From contig CAVPNL010000003.1 in assembly GCA_963706575.1 (NCBI GenBank), positions 192,001-256,000 of the forward strand: a stretch of DNA of 64,000 nt, given 5' to 3'. Positions within the stretch are counted from its first letter, which is position 1. The number at the start of each line of letters is the position of its first letter. Position numbers and translations under genes: made by a program. The notes beneath the pieces are model-generated. The model was not told the DNA's origin. It saw only the letters and a program-made list of their open reading frames with translations, and did not search any database. The stretch comes from an uncultured delta proteobacterium. GTDB taxonomy: Bacteria > Desulfobacterota > Desulfobacteria > Desulfobacterales > JAHEIW01. This document shows positions 1-11,130 of the stretch, one piece after another.

Positions 1-86
1 ATCAGAACAATAATGATCGGCACCGCTGCAATGCGAAAAAGGGTCAACTGGTTAGGGCCGCTCAAGGCATTTTGGAATTTTTTCAT
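1..86 (-). CDS. pgsA: CDP-diacylglycerol--glycerol-3-phosphate 3-phosphatidyltransferase, N-terminus only (runs off the window)
   Basis: Manual translation from ATG at 86 gives MKKFQNALSGPNQLTLFRIAAVPIIIVL, with the PNxLTxxR motif of CDP-alcohol phosphotransferases. Confidence 0.8.
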   Translation of the reverse strand, partial: MKKFQNALSGPNQLTLFRIAAVPIIIVL

Positions 87-104
87 GAATTTAATGGTTT
101 GGCA

Positions 105-371
105 TTATTTTTCTTCAGATTGACGGGCCATGTATTGATCACGACATTTTTTGCTGCAAAAATACAGATCGTTGCCACTTAAATTTAAATGGACGGCATC
201 ACGCCGGGGAAAATAGGCCTGGCAAAACGGGTCCTTGATCATGACATCATCGATCTGACCGCTTGCCTTACCGGAAACATTTTTTTTGGGGCGGGCATCC
301 GGAAACATCCATGATTTCACAGCACGGTATAATAAATACCCGACCACGAAAAGAATTAAAAATTTAATCAT
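105..371 (-). CDS. Small membrane-anchored YHS/TRASH-type metal-binding protein
   Basis: N-terminal hydrophobic helix; DPFC...YFCSxxC motif. Confidence 0.75.
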   Translation of the reverse strand: MIKFLILFVVGYLLYRAVKSWMFPDARPKKNVSGKASGQIDDVMIKDPFCQAYFPRRDAVHLNLSGNDLYFCSKKCRDQYMARQSEEK

Positions 372-865
372 TAATACTCGACAACCTTTTGCTCTTCTTC
401 CCCCAGACGCTTCAATAAAATTTGCATTTCCTGTTTCAATACCGGATGAATAATTGCCGGATCTATATCACAGAATGGCTTTAACACAAAGCGCCTTTTG
501 TGCATGCGGGGATGCGGCACCACCAGGCGTTCTGATTTGATGATGCGATCATCGTACAAAATAATATCCAGATCCAGAATCCGCGGTCCAAACCGAATCG
601 AGTCTTTTATTCGTCCGGCGGCCCGCTGGATATTTTCGATATGATCCAGCAGTTGAAACGGATCAAGTGCGGTCTCAAGTTTGACCATCATATTGACAAA
701 CCAGCTCTGATTTTCATAATCCACCGGTTCGGTCTTATAAATGCGGGATTGCGCAAGGATTCTGGAGTTGTCGGCTTCGGTCAGCGCCTCGATCCCCTTA
801 CGGCAATTCTGCAGCCGATCTCCCATGTTGGAGCCAGCCGAAATGTAAGCAATGTGCGTTTTCAC
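371..865 (-). CDS. folK: 2-amino-4-hydroxy-6-hydroxymethyldihydropteridine diphosphokinase
   Basis: GSNMGDR, GPRILDLDII and VPHPRMHKRRFVL motifs. Confidence 0.97.
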   Translation of the reverse strand: MKTHIAYISAGSNMGDRLQNCRKGIEALTEADNSRILAQSRIYKTEPVDYENQSWFVNMMVKLETALDPFQLLDHIENIQRAAGRIKDSIRFGPRILDLDIILYDDRIIKSERLVVPHPRMHKRRFVLKPFCDIDPAIIHPVLKQEMQILLKRLGEEEQKVVEY

Positions 866-880
866 GAAAATAAGCGTTTA

Positions 881-959
881 TCTCACGCCAAGCCGCAAAG
901 ATCGCAAAGGGAAAAGATATCATGTTAAGCAAGCTTGGCGACTTTGCGTCTTTGCGAGA
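881..959. repeat. Intergenic inverted tandem microrepeat (CGCAAAG units, ~9-nt period)
   Basis: Left arm TCTCACGCCAAGCCGCAAAGATCGCAAAG; right arm CTTGGCGACTTTGCGTCTTTGCGAGA. Confidence 0.8.
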
Positions 960-974
960 AACGATGCATCAATT

Positions 975-1799
975 CTATTTCCAGGCGTCAGGCTGGAGCT
1001 CACCGGTATAGATGATACGGGCATCGCCTTCCATATAAACATTACGAAATTGGCCGTCGGCGGCGTCAAAATGAATCGTCAGGTACACTCCGCTGCGGGT
1101 TTTGACATCTACCGGTGAATTCATTTTAAACCGGCTGGCTGAAATAATCGCACTGGCAATGGCACCGGTTCCGCAGGCCAGCGTTTCGTCTTCAACTCCC
1201 CTTTCGTATGTGCGGATCTCAATGGCGTTACCTTGACTGCGCTGGACGAAATTTGCATTGGTCCCGGCCGGCGCAAATGCTTTATGAAGCCGAATTTCGC
1301 GGCCCAGGGTGACCACATCTAAATCAGCAATTTTCTCCACCATTACGACGACGTGAGGAACGCCGGTATTGACACTGCTGATTTCCAGTGAATCAGCTGA
1401 CAGTTTCAACGCATACGCCAGTTTTAGATCTGAAGGATCCGGCATCTTTACCTTAACGCCGCCCTCCTTAATTTGGGCGCTGACCACACCGGCTTCGGTT
1501 TCAAAGGACAAGCGGGTTCCCGCAATACCCTTGACATGAGCAAAACGAGCAGCACAGCGGGCACCGTTCCCGCACATTTCGGCATTGCTGCCGTCGGAAT
1601 TAAAAAACCGCCAGCGAAAATCATATTTATCGGATGCCTCAATTAAAATCAGGCCATCGGCTCCGGCCGACATTTTTCGCCGGCAGACATTGGCAATAAA
1701 GCCGCTTAATTCCGTATCGGCAACAATCTGATTACGGTTGTCGATAACAATAAAATCATTGCCGGCCCCGCTCATTTTATAAAAGGGTATCGAATTCAT
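975..1799 (-). CDS. dapF: Diaminopimelate epimerase
   Basis: KMSGAGNDF, EMCGNGARC and ERGVEDETLACGTG motifs; start moved to MNSIPFYK (1799). Confidence 0.96.
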   Translation of the reverse strand: MNSIPFYKMSGAGNDFIVIDNRNQIVADTELSGFIANVCRRKMSAGADGLILIEASDKYDFRWRFFNSDGSNAEMCGNGARCAARFAHVKGIAGTRLSFETEAGVVSAQIKEGGVKVKMPDPSDLKLAYALKLSADSLEISSVNTGVPHVVVMVEKIADLDVVTLGREIRLHKAFAPAGTNANFVQRSQGNAIEIRTYERGVEDETLACGTGAIASAIISASRFKMNSPVDVKTRSGVYLTIHFDAADGQFRNVYMEGDARIIYTGELQPDAWK

Positions 1800-1860
1800 A
1801 GTTTCTCTGTGCACAATTTTCAATGGGTTCAGCCGAGACGAATTATACGGCAAAGGGCCA

Positions 1861-1918
1861 AGCGCATGGCGCATAGCGTATCATTTTGATTAGAGAGTTC
1901 TAACGCTTTGCGCTATGC
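1861..1918. repeat. Inverted tandem microrepeat (GCGCATR heptamer)
   Basis: AGCGCATGGCGCATAGCGT ... ACGCTTTGCGCTATGC, overlapping the lysA stop. Confidence 0.65.
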
Positions 1919-3172
1919 CATGAATGACGGTATGCTTTCGCCTTTCACCAGATCTTGGTAAGTTTCTCTTTCCTTCACCACATGATATTGGTGTTTTTTG
2001 ACCATCACTTCCGCAACTCGGGGGCGCGAACAGTAATTGGAAGACATCACGAATCCATAAGCACCCGTGCTCATTACCGCCAGAAGATCGTCAGCGTTGA
2101 CTTCGGGCAGGTTGCGGTCGACAGCCAGGAAATCACCGCTTTCACATATCGGACCTACGACATCTGCCACTGTTAAGGGCGCCTCGGTACGCACAATCGG
2201 CTCAATTGCATGAAAGGCATTGTAAAGGGTCGGACGCATTAGATCGTTCATCCCGGCATCCACAATAACAAAATTTTTTCCTTTGCCCGCTTTTTTGTAA
2301 AGCACGCGGGTCACCAGTACACCGGCATTCCCCACCAGGACTCTGCCAGGCTCCAGGATGAGCGTTAAATCCATGCCTTCAAGGTTTTCCAGAAATGCTT
2401 CGGCATATTCTTTTAAAGACGGTGGTGTCTCATCCGCATAGGTTATGCCAAGACCTCCGCCCATATCAATATATTGGATCTCAATCCCCAGTTCGGATTT
2501 TAACTGCTGTATCAGCGTCTTAATGGATTTTAAGGCATCTTCAAATGGCCCGGCCTCGGTTATCTGAGAGCCGATATGGCAATCGATGCCGATGACTTCA
2601 ATATTCTCCAGGCCGGCGGCCAGCCGGTATCCTTCCAAGGCGGTGGCAATATCGATTCCAAATTTATTTTTCTTAAGACCTGTAGAAATATAGGGGTGGG
2701 TTTTGGGATCGACATCCGGATTGACCCGAATGGCAATTCGGGCTCGCTGATTGAATTGACCGGCCCGCTGGTTGATCAATTTCAACTCATCAAGGGATTC
2801 CAAATTGAACATCAGGATATCGGATTTGAGGGCATAATCAATTTCATCAACCCGTTTGCCTACACCGGAATAAACGATACGGTCCGGTGTAAAACCGGCC
2901 TGAATGCCTCTAAAAAGTTCACCGCCGGACACAATGTCCAGACCACACCCGGCCGTGGCAAATAATTTCAGAATCGCTAGATTGGTGTTTGCTTTAGCAG
3001 AAAAGCAAATTAATTTTTTCATGCCCGCAAAAGCTTCGCTGAAGGCCTTAAAATGGCGTGTGAGCGTGGCATGGCTGTACAGATAAAACGGTGTGCCGAT
3101 CTCTGCTGCAATTTTTTGCACCGCAACATTTTCGCAATACAGTTCATCTTCTTGATAGGTAAAATGATTCAT
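1913..3172 (-). CDS. lysA: Diaminopimelate decarboxylase
   Basis: PLP Lys in SAKAN; HIGSQ, EPGR and GPICESGD motifs. Confidence 0.97.
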   Translation of the reverse strand: MNHFTYQEDELYCENVAVQKIAAEIGTPFYLYSHATLTRHFKAFSEAFAGMKKLICFSAKANTNLAILKLFATAGCGLDIVSGGELFRGIQAGFTPDRIVYSGVGKRVDEIDYALKSDILMFNLESLDELKLINQRAGQFNQRARIAIRVNPDVDPKTHPYISTGLKKNKFGIDIATALEGYRLAAGLENIEVIGIDCHIGSQITEAGPFEDALKSIKTLIQQLKSELGIEIQYIDMGGGLGITYADETPPSLKEYAEAFLENLEGMDLTLILEPGRVLVGNAGVLVTRVLYKKAGKGKNFVIVDAGMNDLMRPTLYNAFHAIEPIVRTEAPLTVADVVGPICESGDFLAVDRNLPEVNADDLLAVMSTGAYGFVMSSNYCSRPRVAEVMVKKHQYHVVKERETYQDLVKGESIPSFMA

Positions 3173-3194
3173 GTTTTATCCCTAAAGAAGCCAA

Positions 3195-3320
3195 TCGTTA
3201 TTCGCTATATGGTATTGGATGAAGATCAGCCCTTTTTCTATTGTTTAGCAAAAATTGATATGCAATCGATAGCATCACAGTCTGCCTGGACCAATAACGA
3301 ATAACAAATAACCAATAACA
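3195..3320. repeat. Inverted tandem heptamer repeat (AATAACN family)
   Basis: TCGTTATTCGCTATATGGTATTGG ... CCAATAACGAATAACAAATAACCAATAACA. Confidence 0.75.
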
Positions 3321-3347
3321 TCGGATTGAGTTTTAACTCAATCCGAT
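3320..3347 (-). terminator. Perfect hairpin directly after the lipoprotein stop (terminator or stabiliser)
   Basis: ATCGGATTGAG-TTTTAA-CTCAATCCGAT, 11-bp perfect stem; U-tract is weak. Confidence 0.5.
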
Positions 3348-3844
3348 CAATGGTCGAATTTAACGATATTTGAGTCCCTGCCCCCCTGTCCATATTCATC
3401 AAAGACGGTTACCTTGTAAATATAGCGATATCCCGGCGCAACGAACTCTGCATAACTCATCCGAATGGGTTTGGATTTTTCAGACCGTTTTTTATGAATC
3501 GGGATATCACCCGACAAAGCGTACCGGATTGGACAATTTTCACAGCTGGCGTCTTCGGCCGATAATCGAGAGCGAAACACCTTAACTGCTGCCGGGAGGG
3601 AGTTGCTGCGGCTCGCTGCACCCGGCACTGTCCAACTCAGCTCAACGATATCGTTACGGAGGCTGTATTCGAGATCGTCAACCACCGGCGGTAACGGCCG
3701 CCGCGGTGGACGGGGCGGTCCTTTTTTGCCGCAACCGATCCAAAGAAAACTCGAGCCGGCAAGCACCAATAACAAAACCGCCATCCATTTGCTATGGGAA
3801 TAACAAGCGTTTTGCAGGAAATTATTTTGCTTTGCGCTTATCAT
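3347..3844 (-). CDS. Lipoprotein with LptM/YifL-like CGKKGP N-terminus and a beta-rich extension
   Basis: Lipobox LWIGC-GKKGPP; CxxC pair; lies upstream of lysA-dapF; the real start may be 3784. Confidence 0.7.
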   Translation of the reverse strand: MISAKQNNFLQNACYSHSKWMAVLLLVLAGSSFLWIGCGKKGPPRPPRRPLPPVVDDLEYSLRNDIVELSWTVPGAASRSNSLPAAVKVFRSRLSAEDASCENCPIRYALSGDIPIHKKRSEKSKPIRMSYAEFVAPGYRYIYKVTVFDEYGQGGRDSNIVKFDH

Positions 3845-5228
3845 CAGTGCTTCTTTTCAGTTTCTGCTCCGCGGCCTTAATCGCTGCTTTAACGGTTTGT
3901 GTTGCCGTACCACCTATTGAAGTGCGCCGATCGATCATCTGTTGTGTCCCCAGGTAGTCGAAAATGTCATCTTCGATTTGAGGTGCGTGCTGCTGCAATT
4001 CCTTTATCGAAAGTTCATGGATTTCTTTCTTAAGACCTATTGCATAACCCACGACCTGGCCGACACAATGGTGGGCCTCTCTAAACGGCAACCCTCTGGT
4101 TACCAGATAATCGGCCATATCGGTGGCATTCAGATACCCGCTGGCTGCTGCTTTTTGCATCAAGGTCTTGTTGACTGTAATGTTGGGAAGCAATTGAATA
4201 TAAATTTCAAGACAGGCCGTCAGGATATCGGCAGCATCAAACAGCAGTGTTTTATCCTCCTGCATATCGCGGTTATAGGACAGCGGCAGGGACTTCATTA
4301 TCGTCAGCATGGCCATCAGGTTTCCGAATACGCGGCCGCTTTTGCCTCTGACCAGCTCGGCAACGTCGGGATTTTTCTTCTGCGGCATGATACTGCTGCC
4401 GGTGGCAAAAGCATCCGGCAGTTCAATAAAGCCAAACTCGGCTGAAGACCAGATTATCAGTTCTTCCGACAAGCGGCTTAAGTGCATCGCACAAATACCG
4501 GCGGCGGATAAAAATTCAATAATGAAATCCCGGTCGGATACGGAATCAATACTGTTGGCTGAAACCTTTTCAAATCCGAGCAGTTCGGCCGTGTATTTTC
4601 TGTCAAGGGGATGCGGCGTGCCGGCAAGGGCTGCGCTTCCCAGCGGCATGACGTTGATGCGCACCATACAATCCTGCAGGCGCTCTGCGTCCCTTGAAAA
4701 CATTTCGTAATATGCCATCAAATGATGCGCCAGCAGAATTGGCTGGGCGCGCTGCAGATGGGTGTAGCCCGGCAGCACAGTTCCAATATGGTGTCTGGCA
4801 AGGTCCACCAGAACATTTTGCAATTGGAACAGATGCTGGATGATTGAATTAACGGTATCCTTCAGGTACAGACGCACATCCAGAGCCACCTGATCGTTGC
4901 GGCTTCGGGCGGTATGCAGCTTGTGGGCAACTTTGCCGACGATCTCAGCCAGCCGGGATTCAATATGGGTGTGAATATCTTCCAGTGCGTCGCTGTATGA
5001 CAAGGTTCCTTCCTCGATCTCCTGCCTGACTTTGTCAAGGCCTGCAATTAATTCCTCAGCCTCTTGTGCGGATATAATGTCCGCCTTTGCCAGGGTCCGG
5101 CAGTGCGCAATGCTGCCCTGAATATCATAGGCGTACAGCCGCCTGTCGACATCGATTGAGGACGTAAATGTTTCAACAATTTTAGCAGTTTTTTCTTTAA
5201 ACCGGCCGGCCCATAGTTTTTCTGACAT
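3822..5228 (-). CDS. argH: Argininosuccinate lyase
   Basis: LWAGRF, RSRNDQ and GSSIMPQKKNPD motifs. Confidence 0.98.
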   Translation of the reverse strand: MSEKLWAGRFKEKTAKIVETFTSSIDVDRRLYAYDIQGSIAHCRTLAKADIISAQEAEELIAGLDKVRQEIEEGTLSYSDALEDIHTHIESRLAEIVGKVAHKLHTARSRNDQVALDVRLYLKDTVNSIIQHLFQLQNVLVDLARHHIGTVLPGYTHLQRAQPILLAHHLMAYYEMFSRDAERLQDCMVRINVMPLGSAALAGTPHPLDRKYTAELLGFEKVSANSIDSVSDRDFIIEFLSAAGICAMHLSRLSEELIIWSSAEFGFIELPDAFATGSSIMPQKKNPDVAELVRGKSGRVFGNLMAMLTIMKSLPLSYNRDMQEDKTLLFDAADILTACLEIYIQLLPNITVNKTLMQKAAASGYLNATDMADYLVTRGLPFREAHHCVGQVVGYAIGLKKEIHELSIKELQQHAPQIEDDIFDYLGTQQMIDRRTSIGGTATQTVKAAIKAAEQKLKRSTDDKRKAK

Positions 5229-5245
5229 GATTATAACGTTATTGG

Positions 5246-6457
5246 TTACTGGTTATTGGTTTCGATTAATTTTTGAATTCTTAATCTTAAAGCGTTTAAG
5301 CGGATGAAGCCTTCGGCATCTTTTTGGTTGTAAACCTGATCATCTTCAAAGGTGGCAAAGTCTTCCCGATACAGCGAACGATCTGATTTACGGCCCAAAA
5401 CACGGCAGTTGCCTTTATACAATTCAAGACGTACGGTTCCGGATACATTCTGCTGGGTCATGTCAATCATATTCTGCAACAATTTCATCTCCGGCGAAAA
5501 CCAGAAACCGTTGTAGACCAGCTGTGCATATTTGGGTATCAAAGAATCCCGCAGGTGCAGAACCTCGCGATCCATGGTAATGGATTCCAGCGCCATATGC
5601 GCGACGCGCAGGATCGACCCGCCGGGGGTTTCATAAACGCCGCGGGATTTCATTCCGACAAATCGATTCTCAACCATATCCACCCGTCCGATACCGTGTT
5701 TGCCACCATGGGCGTTTAAAGCCTTAAGCAAATTCGCTGGCGTCAGCTCTTCTCCATTCAGCTTGACCGGATTGCCATTTTGAAAGATCAGCTCGATAAT
5801 TTCAGATTTATCCGGAGCATGCTTGGGTGAAACGGTCAGTGTGAAAATGTCTTCGGGTGCTTCTGCCCATGGATCTTCAAGTATACCGCCTTCATAACTG
5901 ATATGCAAAAGATTGGAATCCGTACTGTAGGGTTTGTCATGGGTGGCTTGAACTTCGATACCATGCTTGCCGGCAAAATCCATTAGGGCGGTACGAGAAT
6001 TTAAATCCCACTCCCGCCAGGGTGCTATTATTTTGATCCCGGGATCATGTGAAAGATAGCCGAGTTCAAATCGAACCTGATCGTTACCCTTGCCGGTGGC
6101 ACCGTGGCTGACGGCATCGGCCTTTTCACTGTGCGCAATTTCTATCTGGCGCTTCGCGATCAGCGGTCTCGCCAGCGAAGTTCCTAATAGATACTGCCCC
6201 TCGTATATCGCATTGGCACGAAATGCCGGAAACACATAGTCATTAACAAAGGCCTCCGTCAGATCCTCAATATAGGCCTTTGTAGCCCCGGTTTTATAAG
6301 CATTGTCTCTGACCTGATCCAGGTCATCTTCCTGGCCGATGTTGGCTGAAAAGGCAATGACCTCGCATTGATAGGTTTCAATAAGCCACTTTAAAATAAC
6401 CGAAGTATCCAGTCCGCCGGAATAGGCCAATACCACTTTGTTGATCTTCGCAGTCAA
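5246..6457 (-). CDS. argG: Argininosuccinate synthase
   Basis: AYSGGLDTS and [13 protein letters not shown] motifs. Confidence 0.98.
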   Translation of the reverse strand: MTAKINKVVLAYSGGLDTSVILKWLIETYQCEVIAFSANIGQEDDLDQVRDNAYKTGATKAYIEDLTEAFVNDYVFPAFRANAIYEGQYLLGTSLARPLIAKRQIEIAHSEKADAVSHGATGKGNDQVRFELGYLSHDPGIKIIAPWREWDLNSRTALMDFAGKHGIEVQATHDKPYSTDSNLLHISYEGGILEDPWAEAPEDIFTLTVSPKHAPDKSEIIELIFQNGNPVKLNGEELTPANLLKALNAHGGKHGIGRVDMVENRFVGMKSRGVYETPGGSILRVAHMALESITMDREVLHLRDSLIPKYAQLVYNGFWFSPEMKLLQNMIDMTQQNVSGTVRLELYKGNCRVLGRKSDRSLYREDFATFEDDQVYNQKDAEGFIRLNALRLRIQKLIETNNQ

Positions 6458-6485
6458 AATAGGAACCTCCGCTTTAAGATAAATT

Positions 6486-7400
6486 CTATTTGCTTATCAA
6501 TATATCAAGTATCGCCTTATGCATGTGAAGCTTGTTTTCGGATTGATCCCAGACAACTGAATGAGGGCCTTCCAGAACTGCTTCACTAATTTCTTCTTCT
6601 CGATGGGCCGGCAGGCAATGCAGCACAATGACATCTTTGGCCGCATTTTCCAAAAGTGCGGCATTTACCTGAAAAGGCGCAAATATTTTTTTGCGAGCCT
6701 CCTGTTCGGCCTCCTGCCCCATACTGGCCCAGACATCCGTGTTGACCACATCAGCATCTTTAACCGCCGCGATGGGATCCGAATTAAGGGTAATCCTGGC
6801 ATTGGGTTTTTGGGCGGCCCTGCTTAAAATCCGCGCAGCGGGAAAATAGCCTTCAGGGCATGCTAGATGCAGCTCAAAGCCAAGGGCTCCTGCCGCGTTG
6901 ATCCAGGATTGGGCCATATTGTTGCCGTCCCCCACCCATGCAATTTTCAGATTTTCAACCGCTCCTTTGTGCTCGATAACCGTCAACAAATCACTTAAAA
7001 CCTGACAGGGATGATAGGCATCCGTTAAGGCGTTTATCACCGGGATGTCGGATGATTCCGCAAATTCCTGAATCACCTCCTGGGAGAAGGTCCGAATGGC
7101 CAGTGCATCCAGATAACGGGAAAGAACCCTGGCGGTATCCTTAATGGGTTCATCCCTTGACATCTGCGTATCTTTGGAACTGATAAAAAGCGGTGTACCG
7201 CCCAGCTGTATCATGGCGGCCTCAAATGAGACCCGGGTGCGCGTCGAGGGTTTGTCAAATAGAAGTCCCAGGCTTTTGCCGGTCAGTGATGGTCTGGCAA
7301 TGCCTTTCTTCTGCTTTTCCTTAAGCTCAACCGCTCGCTTAAAAAAGGCCTCAAATTCTTCTCTGGCAAGATCGGCCAGCGTCAACAGATGTTTGGTCAT
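6486..7400 (-). CDS. argF: Ornithine carbamoyltransferase
   Basis: STRTR, HPCQ and HCLP motifs. Confidence 0.97.
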   Translation of the reverse strand: MTKHLLTLADLAREEFEAFFKRAVELKEKQKKGIARPSLTGKSLGLLFDKPSTRTRVSFEAAMIQLGGTPLFISSKDTQMSRDEPIKDTARVLSRYLDALAIRTFSQEVIQEFAESSDIPVINALTDAYHPCQVLSDLLTVIEHKGAVENLKIAWVGDGNNMAQSWINAAGALGFELHLACPEGYFPAARILSRAAQKPNARITLNSDPIAAVKDADVVNTDVWASMGQEAEQEARKKIFAPFQVNAALLENAAKDVIVLHCLPAHREEEISEAVLEGPHSVVWDQSENKLHMHKAILDILISK

Positions 7401-7418
7401 AAATACACTCCCCGAGTC

Positions 7419-8621
7419 TTAATGATGTGAAGATGCAGCATCACTCAATATCCCGTCAAGGCACTCAATCAGCTGATCAATTTCTTCTTCGGAAATGATC
7501 AAGGGCGGGATAAATCTTAAAATACGATCCTGGATACAATTGATTAAAAAGCCGTTTTGCATACACTGTTTCACTAGCGGCGCACCGTCGATTTTAAGCT
7601 TCATCCCCAGCAACAGGCCCAGCCCGCGCACATCTTCAATGATGGCGTGACGGCCTTTTAACTCGAGCAATTTTTTCTTGAAATACGATCCGGCGGCCTT
7701 GCCCTTTTCGATAGTCTGCTCTTCCACCAGAATCTTGCAGACTTCCAGGGCGGCGGCCGTAATAATGGGGGTTCCACCAAAGGTGGATGCATGCGCTCCG
7801 GGACCAAAAGCCGCGGCAATCGTTTCGGTGGCCAGCATCGCCCCGATCGGCAACCCATTGGCCAGGGCTTTGGCCAGGGTCATGATATCCGGCTCGATTC
7901 CAAAGTGCTGATAGGCGAAAAGCTTTCCGGTACGCCCCATACCGGTTTGAATTTCATCAAAAATCAACAGCGTTCCGGTTTCGTCACAGATTTTTCGGAC
8001 TGTTTGCAGGTATTTCTCATCCGGGCAGCGCACGCCGCCTTCGCCTTGAATGGGCTCCAGCATGACCGCACAGGTGGCGGGCCCGATCTGGGCCCGCAAG
8101 GCCTGTTCATCATTAAAGGGCACAAAATCGAAACCATCCAGAACCGGATCAAATCCTTTCCTAACTTTTTCCTGACCGGTCGCAGAAAGGGTAGCCATCG
8201 TGCGCCCATGAAATGAGCGCGCCATGGTGACAATTCGAAAACGATTTGCTTCCCCGCGGTCCTTAAAGTATTTTCGTGCCAGTTTAATGGCCGCCTCATT
8301 GGCTTCGGCCCCGCTGTTGCCAAAAAAAACCCGATCGGCAAAGCTATTTTCCACCAACCAGGCCGCCAGGTCGATCTGTGGCAGCGTATAGTATAGATTG
8401 GATACATGCAGCAACGTTTGGGCCTGTCGGGCAACGGCTGCGCTAACCCGGGGGTGGGCATGCCCCAGATTGCAAACCGCAATACCGGCCACAAAGTCCG
8501 TGTAAGTCCGCCCTTCGGTGTCCCAGAGTTTACAGCCCCTCCCCTTCTCAAAGGTAACGGGAAATCTTTGATAGGTAGCTGCCATTACTTGATCGGCGCG
8601 TTTCATTCGCTCGGCGGTCAT
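7419..8621 (-). CDS. argD: Acetylornithine aminotransferase
   Basis: [14 protein letters not shown] and [11 protein letters not shown] motifs; arg operon context. Confidence 0.95.
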   Translation of the reverse strand: MTAERMKRADQVMAATYQRFPVTFEKGRGCKLWDTEGRTYTDFVAGIAVCNLGHAHPRVSAAVARQAQTLLHVSNLYYTLPQIDLAAWLVENSFADRVFFGNSGAEANEAAIKLARKYFKDRGEANRFRIVTMARSFHGRTMATLSATGQEKVRKGFDPVLDGFDFVPFNDEQALRAQIGPATCAVMLEPIQGEGGVRCPDEKYLQTVRKICDETGTLLIFDEIQTGMGRTGKLFAYQHFGIEPDIMTLAKALANGLPIGAMLATETIAAAFGPGAHASTFGGTPIITAAALEVCKILVEEQTIEKGKAAGSYFKKKLLELKGRHAIIEDVRGLGLLLGMKLKIDGAPLVKQCMQNGFLINCIQDRILRFIPPLIISEEEIDQLIECLDGILSDAASSHH

Positions 8622-9514
8622 GCCGTCACCTCCGTTCCAATTCCACTGTCGGTAAATAATTCCAGCAAAATTGAATGTCGTTTCGTACCATTGATGATCT
8701 GAACTTTTTCCACTCCGTTTTCCAGCGCTTTGAGGCCATATTCGATTTTGGGAATCATACCGCCGGAAATGTCCTGATCATCAATCATTTTTTTAATCTG
8801 CCCGGCGCCAATTGAACTGATCAGCTCACCGCCGGCATCTAAAACCCCGTCCACATCGGTAAGCAAAACAAGACGACCGGCCTTCAGTGCCATAGCGATA
8901 CGACTGGCCACAAGATCCGCATTGATGTTGTAAGTTTCTCCGGCTTCTCCGGCACCGACCGGCGCAATAATAGGTATAAAACCCTGCTGGCTCAGTTTGT
9001 CGATAATTTCGCAATTAATGCCAGTCACCTCTCCGACCAGACCGGGGTCAATAATTTCCGGGGGCTTGTCGCTGTCGCCTTGCCGTACGATTTTAAGCTT
9101 TCTGGCTTGAATCAAACCGCCATCTTTGCCGCTCAGACCAACGGCCTTGCCGCCCTCCTGATTAATCTGGTGAACGATGGCCTTGTTGACCTTGCCACCC
9201 AAAACCATCTCGACAACATCCATGGTGCGTTCATCGGTCAGGCGCATGCCGCGAACAAATTGGGGCCGGATTCCCATCTGGTCCAGTACCGAATTAATCT
9301 GGGGCCCCCCGCCGTGCACTACGACCGGCTTGAGACCGACAAATTTCAGCAAGGTAATATCCCGGGCAAAATCCTGCTTGAGCTGTTCATCCACCATAGC
9401 ATGCCCGCCGTATTTGACGACAATGGTCATACCAGAAAACCGGCGAATATAAGGCAGTGCTTCAATGAGAATATCGGCCACACTGGGGTTCGTATCACGG
9501 GTGTCTTTGATCAT
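8618..9514 (-). CDS. argB: Acetylglutamate kinase
   Basis: [21 protein letters not shown] and GGMIPK motifs. Confidence 0.97.
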   Translation of the reverse strand: MIKDTRDTNPSVADILIEALPYIRRFSGMTIVVKYGGHAMVDEQLKQDFARDITLLKFVGLKPVVVHGGGPQINSVLDQMGIRPQFVRGMRLTDERTMDVVEMVLGGKVNKAIVHQINQEGGKAVGLSGKDGGLIQARKLKIVRQGDSDKPPEIIDPGLVGEVTGINCEIIDKLSQQGFIPIIAPVGAGEAGETYNINADLVASRIAMALKAGRLVLLTDVDGVLDAGGELISSIGAGQIKKMIDDQDISGGMIPKIEYGLKALENGVEKVQIINGTKRHSILLELFTDSGIGTEVTA

Positions 9515-9567
9515 TGTCTCATTGTACCTAATGAAATTGTTATCCTAAGCAATATTCATTTGTAAAA

Positions 9568-9755
9568 GGAGCGTCTCCCCAAAAGGGAGACTTGATGAGC
9601 GGCCCTGCGGGCCTTGATGAGTGTCCTGCTTATCGCAGGACTTCAGGTAAAAAAAATCTGCTGTTTTGCCGCTTCAAGCATAGCACTCCACTAGTCGCGC
9701 CGTATTTTGGCGAGACGCTCCTCAAGCGAAGCGCTCCTAAAACGAAGTGCTCTTC
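9568..9755. repeat. Composite inverted element of GCTC(A/C)TCAAG units alternating with mini-hairpins
   Basis: Hairpins GTCTCCC/GGGAGAC, GGCCC/GGGCC and GTCCTGC/GCAGGAC spaced by CTTGATGAG; opposite arm GCTCCTCAA-GCGAAGC-GCTCCTAAA-ACGAAGT-GCTC. Confidence 0.7.
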
Positions 9756-9756
9756 T

Positions 9757-11130
9757 TTACAGAATATACCGACTCAGGTCCTCATCGTCCTTAATATCTT
9801 TTAATTTGAATTCGACATAGTCTTTGTCGATCACCATGCGCTTGCTTTCCACATCCGGCGCATCAAAAAGAATGTCTTCCAGCAAACGTTCCATAACCGT
9901 ATGCAGTCTGCGGGCACCGATATTCTCGGTGCGGTTATTGACCTCTTCAGCAATCGTAGCAATCGTTTCAACCGCATCGTCCTCAAAAACCACATCCACA
10001 CCTTCAGTTCTTAAAAGAGCCATATACTGAAGCAATAAGGCGTTTTGGGGTTCGGTCAGAATTCTGACGAATTCTTTCTCTCCCAAAGCGTCAAGCTCGA
10101 CCCGAATCGGAAAACGGCCCTGCAGTTCAGGAATTAAATCAGAGGGTTTAACCATGTGAAACGCACCGGAGGCAACAAATAAAATATGATCGGTTTTTAC
10201 GGGGCCATATTTCGTGGTAACGGTGCTACCCTCCACAATCGGCAAAAGATCTCTCTGTACACCTTCGCGGGATACATCCGGCCCGTGGGTGCTGTCGCGG
10301 CCTGCGATTTTGTCGATCTCATCCAGAAAAATAATCCCTGACTGTTCGACCTTTTTAATCGCCTGCTTGACGACCTTGTCCATATCCACCAATCCCTGGG
10401 CTTCTTCTTGAGTCAGAATTTCCATGGCCTCCGGCACTTTTACTTTGCGCCTTTTTGTGCTTTTGGGGAATACACCGCCGAGCATATCTTTAAAATTAAT
10501 CCCCATTTCTTCCATGCCGACATTGGAGAAAATTTCAACCATCGGCATGCTGCGGTCAGCAACATCCAGATCAACAAAGCGGTTATCGAGTTTGCCGCGA
10601 CGAAGCATATCCCGGAGCTTTTCACGGGTTGACGATGATTCTTCGCTCGTAGCAGTAACCAATTCGAACTGCACTTCTTTTGTATCTTCCGTCCGCGGTT
10701 TCGGGGGCGCACCCGATTTCGGTAACAGAAGATCCAGCATCCGCTCTTCTGCAATCTGCCAGGCCTTTTCTTTAACCGCTTCCTGTTCTCGCGATCGAAG
10801 TGTGTTAATCGTCAATTCGAGAAGGTCTCTCACCATGGACTCAACATCGCGCCCGACATAACCCACTTCGGTAAACTTTGATGCTTCCACTTTTGAAAAA
10901 GGAGAATCCGTAAGCAGAGATAACCGCCTGGCGATTTCCGTTTTACCAACGCCGGTGGGCCCGATCAATATGATGTTTTTGGGAGCGATCTCATCGCGCA
11001 GATCCTCGGGAACCTGCTGGCGCCGCCAGCGATTTCTCAGGGCGATGGCCACAGCGCGTTTGGCTTTGTCCTGGCCGATGATATATTTATCAAGTTCACT
11101 AACAACATCAGAAGGCTTCAAAGCGTTCAT
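9757..11130 (-). CDS. hslU: ATP-dependent protease ATPase subunit HslU
   Basis: [12 protein letters not shown] pore loop, DEIDK, C-terminal LSRYIL. Confidence 0.98.
   Translation of the reverse strand: MNALKPSDVVSELDKYIIGQDKAKRAVAIALRNRWRRQQVPEDLRDEIAPKNIILIGPTGVGKTEIARRLSLLTDSPFSKVEASKFTEVGYVGRDVESMVRDLLELTINTLRSREQEAVKEKAWQIAEERMLDLLLPKSGAPPKPRTEDTKEVQFELVTATSEESSSTREKLRDMLRRGKLDNRFVDLDVADRSMPMVEIFSNVGMEEMGINFKDMLGGVFPKSTKRRKVKVPEAMEILTQEEAQGLVDMDKVVKQAIKKVEQSGIIFLDEIDKIAGRDSTHGPDVSREGVQRDLLPIVEGSTVTTKYGPVKTDHILFVASGAFHMVKPSDLIPELQGRFPIRVELDALGEKEFVRILTEPQNALLLQYMALLRTEGVDVVFEDDAVETIATIAEEVNNRTENIGARRLHTVMERLLEDILFDAPDVESKRMVIDKDYVEFKLKDIKDDEDLSRYIL

Noticed and set aside
3195..3320. CRISPR array (also considered for the other microrepeat elements)
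   Set aside because: Units are 7-10 nt, tandem and inverted, with no regular unique spacers and no cas genes
9590..9645. Hammerhead ribozyme (TGATGAG repeats)
   Set aside because: The core reads CTTGATGAG rather than CTGATGA, and no correctly placed GAAA is present
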